From contig PBLA01000003.1 of assembly GCA_002722245.1 (NCBI GenBank), positions 23,190-87,189 of the forward strand: a DNA stretch of 64,000 nt. The letters run 5' to 3'. The notes beneath the pieces were generated by a model. That model was not told where the DNA came from, made no database searches, and worked only from the letters and a program-made list of their open reading frames with translations. Within the stretch, counting starts at the first letter, position 1. The number at the start of each line of letters is the position of its first letter. The position numbers were made by a program, and so were the translations under genes. The stretch comes from Flavobacteriales bacterium. GTDB taxonomy: Bacteria; Bacteroidota; Bacteroidia; Flavobacteriales_C; GCA-002722245. This document shows positions 10,278 to 19,800 of the stretch, piece by piece.

Positions 10278-11564
10278 TTATTTTACCATCAAGGGCATTG
10301 AACAGGTTTGATTCATGACCAAAAAATAATTGCCTGGCGTAAGTTGACCTACATCTAATTGTTGTACATTTTCTTTAATCATTAAACGTTGACCATGATT
10401 ATTAAAAATTTCAACCAAATCAAATTCTGTAGTGAAACGAATAATTCCAATGGTAGGATTTGGATAGAAAACATGCTCTGAAAGACTAATTAATGAAGTA
10501 TTTGTGGCTACGTCTTCCACAGTAATTAGTATTTGATCTTCTGTTATTATCACGCCATCTTTCTTACCTCGCACAAGTACAGTATAAATTCCTGCTTCTT
10601 GGGGTGTCCATGGTGCATAAAATAATGAATCACTATTCACTCCAATATTTCTAACCTGAAGTAGTTCTTCTGACAAATCTTCTTTTTTCGTTGAAAATTC
10701 TACTGTTGTTAGGTAATCAAAACTTCCGTCAACGAGCGCTTTCAAACTTTGTTTTTTTCCAGCATTTATGGTGGCGTTATTTGATGGAATCGTGAATGAT
10801 ATCGCCGGTTTTTTCATCCCATAGGCATAGGTTCTCACATAGTCAATTGCCCAAGTAATGGGTTTAGTAGTCTGTTCGTTCCAATTGCCAGGCCATGTTT
10901 GATTGGAAACTTCCATGGTTAATTTCATATACTGTTCTACATCCGAAACTCCTCCCGCAGATGTTCGCCATGTTTCAATATCATCAATATAAAAAATATA
11001 TTCTTCTGGCGTCCACATCATTCCGAATTTATGGTAATTACCATCATACAATCCCCAATCGGTCATTGATTTGCTCGCTTTTTGATGCTCTGCGCCATAA
11101 CCATCCCAATGCAAAGCGTGTTGAATTTTTCCATTCCACCCATTGATTGATTCAAAAATATCCAGTTCGGTTCCATCATTTCCTTGACTTCCTACTTTAT
11201 TGCCATAAGGCATCATCCAAAACGCGGCCCAACCTCCTTTAATTTGAGGGACTTTACACCTTACTTCAAAATATCCGTATTTCTGATTATATCGATTATG
11301 CGTCCTTACTGCACCTGCATATACAGTGCCATTAATTTCAGAAACTTTTAACTTTAAATTCCCCTGACCATCCACCCAGGCATTATCATCATGCCAATAA
11401 CTTTTCCCTTGGCGAAACCAATTTGGACAATGATCCCATTTCGTGTTATCCAGTGTTACGCCGTTGAACTCATCATTCCAGATCATGATTAATGTATCCG
11501 CAACTTGTGCATTTAAAGAAGCCATCATTCCCAAAAAAAGGGTGAAAAATACGCGTTGTTTCAT
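10278..11564 (-). CDS. Glycoside hydrolase family 16 (laminarinase-type beta-glucanase) with T9SS type-A CTD
   Basis: Signal peptide present. GH16 catalytic motif E-L-D-I-F-E (GTELDIFE) in laminarinase ExDxxE form. C-terminal VFYPNPTIGIIRF…GNYFLVMNQTCSMPLMVK is a T9SS CTD. Confidence 0.85.
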   Translation of the reverse strand: MKQRVFFTLFLGMMASLNAQVADTLIMIWNDEFNGVTLDNTKWDHCPNWFRQGKSYWHDDNAWVDGQGNLKLKVSEINGTVYAGAVRTHNRYNQKYGYFEVRCKVPQIKGGWAAFWMMPYGNKVGSQGNDGTELDIFESINGWNGKIQHALHWDGYGAEHQKASKSMTDWGLYDGNYHKFGMMWTPEEYIFYIDDIETWRTSAGGVSDVEQYMKLTMEVSNQTWPGNWNEQTTKPITWAIDYVRTYAYGMKKPAISFTIPSNNATINAGKKQSLKALVDGSFDYLTTVEFSTKKEDLSEELLQVRNIGVNSDSLFYAPWTPQEAGIYTVLVRGKKDGVIITEDQILITVEDVATNTSLISLSEHVFYPNPTIGIIRFTTEFDLVEIFNNHGQRLMIKENVQQLDVGQLTPGNYFLVMNQTCSMPLMVK

Positions 11565-11717
11565 AAGGTTTTTTCTTGTGAACTAGGGTAAGATGAAATC
11601 AGTCAATTTAGGCGCTACACAAGATAGTGAATTTTTAAAATCCATCCTTGATTTATCCTCATGAAAGAGGCTTCCTATTGTTAGGGGAGTCTTCCAAATA
11701 ATCTCTAATTTAGTCCT

Positions 11718-13334
11718 ATGAAAAATCTGTTTTTCTTTCTTTTCGCTGTTTTTTTCCTTCTCGCTTGCACAGAAAAAAAACAAACCTCTCCATCCGAATC
11801 ACACGTCAATAAAAAGTCTCCAAATATTCTGTTCATCATGACCGATGATCACTCACGACATGCAATTAGTGCATACGGTAGTAAACTCATTAAAACTCCA
11901 AATATTGACGAAATCGCGAAATTCGGTGTTACGTTTACCAACTGTGCAGTGACGAACTCTATTTGTGGACCGAGTAGAGCTGTAGCCTTAACAGGAAAAT
12001 ACAGTCATATCAATGGATTTAAAGACAATCGTTCATCCTTTGATGGGAATCAGCAAACATTTCCTAAACTCTTACAAAAAGCAGGTTATCACACCATGAT
12101 GATTGGAAAATGGCATCTACATTCACCACCACAAGGATTTGATTATTGGAATATTCTAATTGGACAAGGTCAATATTACAAACCGATTATGATTGAAAAT
12201 GGAGATACATCAGAATTGGACGGATATGTCACCGATGTTGTCACGGACATTTCATTAAAGGAATTAAAAAAACGTGATCAAAAAAAACCTTTTTGTTTGA
12301 TGTATCATCAAAAAGCACCACACAGAAACTGGATGCCTAACGTGAAACATTTGAATCTGTATAAAGATGACACCCTACCTATTCCAGACAATTTTTTTGA
12401 TGACTATACTAATCGATCAAAAGCGGCTTTAGAACAGGATTTAAAAGTGAAAGATATGTATATGTCGTTTGATATGAAACTTCATCCTGATTCCTTTTTA
12501 AATGGGAGAGATTCTTTTGTTGATTACTCCGGAACGAAACATCAATACAAAAAAGAAACAGGAACAGGAGGCAGCGAAACGTGGGATCCTGTTTTTAATT
12601 GGAAACATTCCTACGATCGCCTTTCCGCTGAACAAAAGAAAGAATGGGACAAACATTATCAACCTATTTCAGAAGAGTTTTTCACGTCTAGTTATTCCGA
12701 TAAAGAATTAGCCGTGTGGAAATACCAGCGCTACATTAAAGATTATCTGCGATGCATTGTCTCTGTTGATGAAAATATCGGAAGGATGATTGCCTATTTG
12801 AAAAGTACGGGTGAATGGGAAAACACATTGGTGATATACACATCCGATCAAGGATTCTTCTTGGGTGAGCATGGATGGTATGATAAACGTTTCATGTATG
12901 AAGAATCGCTTATCACTCCATTCCTTATGAAAATTCCAAATTCCAATTCATCCTCTACAAATTCCGATTTGGTTATGAATCTTGATTTTGCGCCAACCAT
13001 CCTAGATTATGCGGGTATTGAAATTCCATATGATATGCAAGGAGCTTCACTAAAATCCTCTGTGGAAGGAAATCCCCTTTCTCGACAAGGACAATATTAT
13101 CATTATTATGAATTTCCGCATGGATGGCATAAAGTGAAAAAACACTACGGAGTGAGAACAAAAAATTTTAAACTTATTCACTATTACTCGGACATTGATG
13201 AGTGGGAAATGTTCGACTTGAAAAATGACCCACATGAAATGAATAATCTTTACGGTAAGTTAGCATATGCGGAGAGGCAAGAAGAATTGCATCATCTTTT
13301 AGATTCTTTAAGAGCACATTACAAAGATCAATAA
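11718..13334 (+). CDS. Formylglycine-dependent sulfatase (arylsulfatase / N-acetylglucosamine-6-sulfatase-like), lipoprotein
   Basis: Lipoprotein signal MKNLFFFLFAVFFLLAC. Sulfatase signature NILFIMTDDHS … CAVTNSICGPSRAVALTGKY (the C-x-P-x-R formylglycine motif). Confidence 0.9.
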   Translation: MKNLFFFLFAVFFLLACTEKKQTSPSESHVNKKSPNILFIMTDDHSRHAISAYGSKLIKTPNIDEIAKFGVTFTNCAVTNSICGPSRAVALTGKYSHINGFKDNRSSFDGNQQTFPKLLQKAGYHTMMIGKWHLHSPPQGFDYWNILIGQGQYYKPIMIENGDTSELDGYVTDVVTDISLKELKKRDQKKPFCLMYHQKAPHRNWMPNVKHLNLYKDDTLPIPDNFFDDYTNRSKAALEQDLKVKDMYMSFDMKLHPDSFLNGRDSFVDYSGTKHQYKKETGTGGSETWDPVFNWKHSYDRLSAEQKKEWDKHYQPISEEFFTSSYSDKELAVWKYQRYIKDYLRCIVSVDENIGRMIAYLKSTGEWENTLVIYTSDQGFFLGEHGWYDKRFMYEESLITPFLMKIPNSNSSSTNSDLVMNLDFAPTILDYAGIEIPYDMQGASLKSSVEGNPLSRQGQYYHYYEFPHGWHKVKKHYGVRTKNFKLIHYYSDIDEWEMFDLKNDPHEMNNLYGKLAYAERQEELHHLLDSLRAHYKDQ

Positions 13335-13404
13335 ACGATGCTTTGGGCATTGTTTCTACACAAAATGTTTTTCAATTAAATAGTGCCAATCAAGCGAAAC
13401 AATT

Positions 13405-14583
13405 TTGCACTATTTGAATACAAGTAGATTGGTGAAAACTTGTTTCCAATATGGTTCATTCCTTCTTTCATATCTGTTTTTATTTGGATTAAATCTCACA
13501 ATAAAAGCACAATATTCTGTTGCAACCTTTACTGGAACAGGTGATGGATTAAGTTGGATGGACCCTCTGAACTGGGACACTAAAAAGATCCCAAACCCTA
13601 AAAAACAAAGTGTCATAATACCTGCTAACCATTCCGTTTTTTATAATGGTTCCATGAGTTTGGATTTTAGAGACTCTACAAAATTTAAAGTCTTTGGAAA
13701 TGTTGATTTAGGAAATGCACATCTTCATATGAAAGAAAATAGTTTCTTTCTACTTTCACAACATGCAAAATTTATAGGTTATGAAATAAAATTAGGACAA
13801 AATGCACAAGGCAAAATCGAAAACAATACAATTTTTAAGGTAGAGGAAATTGAAACTCGTGACAATGCATCTCTTACCATAAATGCACAATGCGTTACCG
13901 TTACTCGTGAATTGAAAAATATTGAAAATGGATCAATCAATGGAATGGGATGCTTAAATTTTACAGGAATTAATTTCATTAATTCCGGAAAAGGGGGTGT
14001 TTTCAACTGTTTCTCGTCCAATTTTGAGGATTGTAATTTTTTAAAGGTAATTCGCCCAACACTTTCCCATTTCGAAAGTAGAGTGGTCAACAATGCTGTT
14101 CTTCTTCATTGGGTTTCTGATAAAGAACCTATTGGTGGTTATTATGAAATTCTCACCCGATCAAACAACGAAGAATTCGAATCACATAAAATGATTGAAG
14201 GAAAAGGCAATTACGAATATAAAGAGGGCTTCAAGCTTAATTTTAAAGGCGAAATAGCACTCCAACTTCACTATATTGACCCCTATGGAATAACTTCAAC
14301 CTTAATAGACACTTCTATTTCAAATCATTATTCCGAACAAGAAAAAAAACTATCCATTTATCCTAATCCATCCAAGAATGCTATTTCGATTATGAATTTG
14401 AAATTAGATGAAGACTACTTACTAAATATATATTCCCTTGACGGAATCTTGCTTTATAATACCTCTATAAATCTCCAAAAAAACACCCTATCAATTGCAC
14501 AGTTTAAACCAGGAAACTATTTTGTAGAAGTTGTTAATTCAGAGGGAGTTAAAACTGTTCTTCGATTTGTTAAATCAAATTAA
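13405..14583 (+). CDS. Hypothetical secreted protein with T9SS type-A CTD
   Basis: N-terminal hydrophobic signal. C-terminal LSIYPNPSKNAISI…GNYFVEVVNSEGVKTVLRFVKSN is a T9SS CTD. No catalytic motif recognised. Confidence 0.6.
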   Translation: MHYLNTSRLVKTCFQYGSFLLSYLFLFGLNLTIKAQYSVATFTGTGDGLSWMDPLNWDTKKIPNPKKQSVIIPANHSVFYNGSMSLDFRDSTKFKVFGNVDLGNAHLHMKENSFFLLSQHAKFIGYEIKLGQNAQGKIENNTIFKVEEIETRDNASLTINAQCVTVTRELKNIENGSINGMGCLNFTGINFINSGKGGVFNCFSSNFEDCNFLKVIRPTLSHFESRVVNNAVLLHWVSDKEPIGGYYEILTRSNNEEFESHKMIEGKGNYEYKEGFKLNFKGEIALQLHYIDPYGITSTLIDTSISNHYSEQEKKLSIYPNPSKNAISIMNLKLDEDYLLNIYSLDGILLYNTSINLQKNTLSIAQFKPGNYFVEVVNSEGVKTVLRFVKSN

Positions 14584-14652
14584 CATGAGTTAATTTCATA
14601 CTTTTTTGAATAGGTATAATCTGTATAGTTCAGCAAAACGTATATTCGTCTT

Positions 14653-16824
14653 ATGTCAGAAAAAATAAAGCGTAGTCAAGAGTTTGATTTGGCTTTCAAA
14701 TTCATCACACAAACCCAAAAAAACATTTTTTTGACAGGGAAAGCTGGTACCGGTAAAACGACTTTTTTAAAATATCTTAAAGAAAATTCAAATCAGCATA
14801 TTGTTACTGCCGCACCTACGGGAGTTGCTGCTATTCAAGCAGGAGGAGTAACATTGCACTCTCTTTTTCAATTACCATTTGCCCCATATGTACCCACTGA
14901 AGATTCATCAAAAAATACCTTGTCAAAACATCCTTTGCTTTCACAAATTAAGTTGAATGCTCAAAAACGAAAAGTCCTTATTAATATGGATCTTCTTGTG
15001 ATTGATGAAATAAGTATGGTAGCATCAAACACATTAGATGCTATCGATATTATTCTCAAGAGTTTAAGGAAAAATTTTAATTATCCATTCGGTGGTTGTC
15101 AAATCTTATTCATTGGGGATTTAAGACAATTACCTCCTGTGATTAAGAACCTAACGCCTCATATTTTTCAAAAAATTTATCGCTCAGTTTTTTTCTTCGA
15201 TAGCCACGTTTTAATACAGAATCCTCCTGTAATGATCGAATTAAAAAAAATCTACCGACAAAACGATAACATCTTTGTGAATATACTTAATGCAGTGAGA
15301 GAGAATTCATTAACTGTTAAACATCTTGAGCACCTTAATTCTAGACTCCAACCATCGTTCAATAAAACAAATAAGGACGGTTACATTACATTAACTACGC
15401 ACAATGCTCAGGCGGACGAAATAAATACTCTTCAAATTAACCAACTTACAGGAACTAAACATTTATTGAAGGCTTCAATCAAGGGTGATTTTCCTGAATC
15501 AATGTACCCAGCAGAAGAGCAAATGATTTTGAAAAAAGGAGCACAGGTAATGTTTCTAAAGAATGACACAGAAGAAAAAAAATACTTTAATGGTAAAATT
15601 GGGCAGGTAGAGTCATTATCGGATAATGAGATTTTTATTCGATGTGAAAATGAAAATGAACTTATTTCAGTAAAAAAAGAAAGATGGGAAAACGTACATT
15701 ATAAAATAGATGATAAAACACGTAATATTGAACAAGAAACCCTCGGAACATTTATTCAATTCCCACTACGTTTAGCTTGGGCTATAACTATACATAAAAG
15801 TCAGGGGTTAACATTTGACAAGTTAATTGTTGATGCTCAAAAAGCTTTTGCAAATGGTCAAGTATATGTAGCGCTTTCAAGAGTGCGTTCACTAAATGGA
15901 TTGGTACTCACGAGTCCAATTTCACAATCATTTCTAGGTGCAAGCCAAAACCTTCAAAATTGGGAGGTTCAACACAACAAACCTCATCAATTACCTTCTC
16001 TTTTGAAAGCTGCTAAAATTGATGCCATACAGAGAGAATGTATAATGATTTTTGATTGGAATAGGCTGGTAGATAATGTTGTTAAAATAAATGAAAAGGC
16101 TCATTTCAACAAGGATCAACTTAATCCTGATGTACTCCACTGGACACAAAATATCTTAAAAGAGGTTGTAGAAATAAATTACGTTGCTCAAAAGTTTCAG
16201 CAAAATATACATAAGTTAACTTGCTTTAATGAATTCAAAGAAAATCAACGTTTATTTCAACAAAGACTAAAAGATGCTTCTACATATTTTCAACCAAAAA
16301 TTGACTTCATTAAAGCGCTCTTAATAGCGCACCCTATAGCGTGTAAAACCAAAAAATTAGCATCAGAATTTGATGGGCCTTTTGAAGAAATAGCAGAGTT
16401 TATCCATCATATTACTCACCATTTTATATATCTTAAAAAAGGGACTTTTGATTTAGAAAATTTTACAAACAATTGGAAAGTAAATAAGGCCCCTATATTC
16501 ATCATTAAAAAATGTTATGTTGGTAGAAAATCCAAATCACAAACGCTTATTTCAGCGAGTGAGATAGAGCATATTGAGTTGTACCAGCAAATTGCCTTAT
16601 ATAGAAAAGAAAAATCAGAAGAAAAAAATATTCCTATCTATCGAATTTTCTCAAATAAAGCATTAAAAGAGATGTGCAATTTTCTTCCAAAAACAAAGGA
16701 TGCTCTTCTTATGATTAATGGATTCGGAAATAAAAATGTAGAACTTTATGGAGAAAATCTTCTTCATATTATTAATCAATACTGTGAAGAACATCATATC
16801 CAACCTAAGAGTTTATTTGGTTAA
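14653..16824 (+). CDS. PIF1/RecD-family SF1 DNA helicase with C-terminal HRDC-like domain
   Basis: Walker A LTGKAGTGKTTFL, motif Ia AAPTGVAA, Walker B LLVIDEISMV, motif V ITIHKSQGLTFD, motif VI VALSRVRSL. The C-terminal ~70 aa (IELYQQIALYRKEK…NKALKEMCNF…LLMINGFGNKNVELYGENLL) look HRDC-like. Confidence 0.8.
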   Translation: MSEKIKRSQEFDLAFKFITQTQKNIFLTGKAGTGKTTFLKYLKENSNQHIVTAAPTGVAAIQAGGVTLHSLFQLPFAPYVPTEDSSKNTLSKHPLLSQIKLNAQKRKVLINMDLLVIDEISMVASNTLDAIDIILKSLRKNFNYPFGGCQILFIGDLRQLPPVIKNLTPHIFQKIYRSVFFFDSHVLIQNPPVMIELKKIYRQNDNIFVNILNAVRENSLTVKHLEHLNSRLQPSFNKTNKDGYITLTTHNAQADEINTLQINQLTGTKHLLKASIKGDFPESMYPAEEQMILKKGAQVMFLKNDTEEKKYFNGKIGQVESLSDNEIFIRCENENELISVKKERWENVHYKIDDKTRNIEQETLGTFIQFPLRLAWAITIHKSQGLTFDKLIVDAQKAFANGQVYVALSRVRSLNGLVLTSPISQSFLGASQNLQNWEVQHNKPHQLPSLLKAAKIDAIQRECIMIFDWNRLVDNVVKINEKAHFNKDQLNPDVLHWTQNILKEVVEINYVAQKFQQNIHKLTCFNEFKENQRLFQQRLKDASTYFQPKIDFIKALLIAHPIACKTKKLASEFDGPFEEIAEFIHHITHHFIYLKKGTFDLENFTNNWKVNKAPIFIIKKCYVGRKSKSQTLISASEIEHIELYQQIALYRKEKSEEKNIPIYRIFSNKALKEMCNFLPKTKDALLMINGFGNKNVELYGENLLHIINQYCEEHHIQPKSLFG

Positions 16825-16833
16825 ATCAATCGA

Positions 16834-19800
16834 TCATCGTACCAATGTTACTGTTCCCATCTTTTGTTTTACATTGAAATATCCATTTTGATCCTCAGCC
16901 TTATACGAAAGTTTCCAAACATAAACATCCAATTGACAAGGTCGTCCTAAATGTGTTCCATCCCATTTTATATCCATATTGGTTGAATGAAAGAGTTGTT
17001 CTCCCCAACGATCAAAAATGTAAAAATTAAAATCGTAAACATTCACCCCTTTTGGGCCAAATTCATCATTGTTTCCATCGCCATTAGGTGTGAAAGCGTT
17101 AGGAACAAATAGAGCGTTTATACATTCTCTTGTCACAACAACCGTATCTGTTGTTTTACAACCAAACTCATTGGTTAAAGTCACACTGTATGTTCCTTCC
17201 TCATCAATTACAATTTCGTTATCCATTTCTCCAGAACTCCAAAGAACTTGCTCTCTCCCATATGAGGACACGGCTAATTCAAGAGTTTCTATTTCATCAA
17301 AACAAACCGCTGTATCAGGTGTTGCTTCTGCAATAGGGGATGGAGAAACATAAACATCAATCGTATCCTTTGAAGCGCATCCTGCGGAATTGGTTCGTGT
17401 TGCAATATAACTACCCGATTGATTTACTATAATATAATCTTGTTCCAATCCAATATTCCACGTTAAAACATCATCCGTTGAATGCTCACCAACTATGGCT
17501 GTATCACCAAAACAAATACTTCTGTTCTCTCCTAATTCTATCTCTGGAACAGGTTTAAAAACCGCTTGTACTCCCAGTGAATCAACACATCCAAATACAT
17601 TGGAAACCAATACTTTATACTCTCCTGAAACACTTACCTCCAAACTGGAATTTGAGCTGCCATCATATGTCCATTCATAGGATCCTGATGGCAATTCAGG
17701 AGACAGGATTAATGTATCTCCTATACAGGCTAATTGGGTTTCATATTCCGTTATTACCGGAGTTGGATGGACAATTAACTCCCCTTGTACTGATCCAACG
17801 CATCCATTTTCATCTACAACAGTTACGGTATATTCTCCTGCTTCAGCGGGTGTAATTTCCTGCGTTGTTTCACCAGAATTCCAAGAATATGATTCATATT
17901 CTCCTGTTTTTAAGAGCGCCTTTTCGCCAGCACATATGGTTGCGTCCTCAACAACTGGTTGTGGATTTGAATAAAATATAATTGAAACGGTATCCTGCCC
18001 TTCACATCCATCATTATTGCTCACGATAACCGAATAGTCATTGGTTTCATTCACAAGGAGTGTAGAGGCATTGGATTGATCACTCCATAAAAATTCATAT
18101 TCTCCCGATTCAAAACCAGAAGCGGTAATTTCGTATGATTCACCTTCGCAAAAATACAAATCGTCACCCAACTGTATATCTAATCCCATTCTATTCGTTA
18201 AAGCTACCGTATCAAAAGCGATACAGCCATTTTCATCTGTTGCCTCCACTGAAATATCTTGGGGTGTTGAAGTAATAAATACTTCACCAGTGGAGCCATC
18301 ATGCCAACGATAAGAAACAAATTCAAATTCGGCTACCGATATAGTAATTTCTTTTCCTTCACAGACCTCAAGGTCATCCCCTAATTCAATACTCAAAGGA
18401 GAATCAACAGTTAAAATTCCTTCATCATACCCTTCACATCCTTTATCATTTGTGACAGTTACAGCATAATTTTTAGATGCAGTGGCCTTTAAAAATCGAT
18501 CATTCGTACCGTCATCCCAGATAACCGATGACCAATTCCCTGCATCCAGCAAAAGCGTATCTCCTTCACATATGCTTCTGGGCAAATCTAACGTGACCAC
18601 TGGCAGTAAATTAACTATTAATTCAACAGTGTCGGTCCCTTTACATCCGTTTTGATCCGTCACCTCCAACCCATAGATTCCAGAATCAGACAAAAGAACA
18701 CTTTCAGTAGTTGCGTTTGTAGTCCATAAAAATGTATTGCCTTGCCCTTGGTACCCTGAACTTAGTTCAATTGAATCCCCATTACAAATTTCTAAATCTG
18801 GCCCCAAATCTACCAGTAATTCATCTCGAACAAATATTCTTGCAGTATCCGAACCCTTACATCCTTTCTCGTCTACTACTTCCACCCAAACGTCCTCTTC
18901 CTTAACACTTGAATAATTCGAGGCAGTAGATGCGTCGTGCCATGTAAAACTGCTGTAAGGCCCTGCTTCAAAATATGCTGAAACACCCGAACATAGTGTT
19001 TGATCCGCACCTAAATTTGGTTGAGGACGCGCATTAACAATTACTTGGATGCTGTCTGTATTCTCACACCCATGAATATTTGTTACAACCGCAGTATAAA
19101 CATCAGCTTCATAAACAAGTATGGTTTGACCTGATTCCATTGTACTCCATACAACCGACGTCCATCCCGAACCAGCGTTAAGTATAATCTCTTCTCCTTC
19201 ACATATTTCCTGATTTGCTCCTAAATTAATATCGGGCACCTCATTTACAATAATTTCAACCGAATCCGAACCTGAGCATCCTGTGAGATCTTCTACTGAC
19301 ACGCTATATATTCCTGTTTCACTTGCAATGATTTCAGAAGTAGTTTCATTATTCGACCAATTAATCGTATAATTTTCGGAAGAATACCCTGCACTTAATT
19401 CAATTGCTTGACCATCACAGATTGCTGTATCAGGAATTAAATTCACTGATAAACTGGAGGCGATTAAGATTTCTGCCGTATCAGAAGCGGTACATCCATT
19501 TTCGTCTATAATATTCACCCATATTACCTCTGCATCAGTTCCTTGGTAAGTAGACAATGAAGATTGATTTTGCCATGAATAGGAAGTAAAACCAGAACCC
19601 GCATCAAAATAAGCTGATGCTCCCTCGCAGATTGTTCGATCTTCACCCAATTCAAGCGAAGGTGATGGAAAAAAATCAAAGAGGACTGTATCGGTTGTTG
19701 AACATAAATTATCATCGGTTACCGACACATAATATGTTCCTGCAACATTCAATTCCAACTCCTCATTTGAACTAAAATCATTCCATTGAATTGATTGCCA

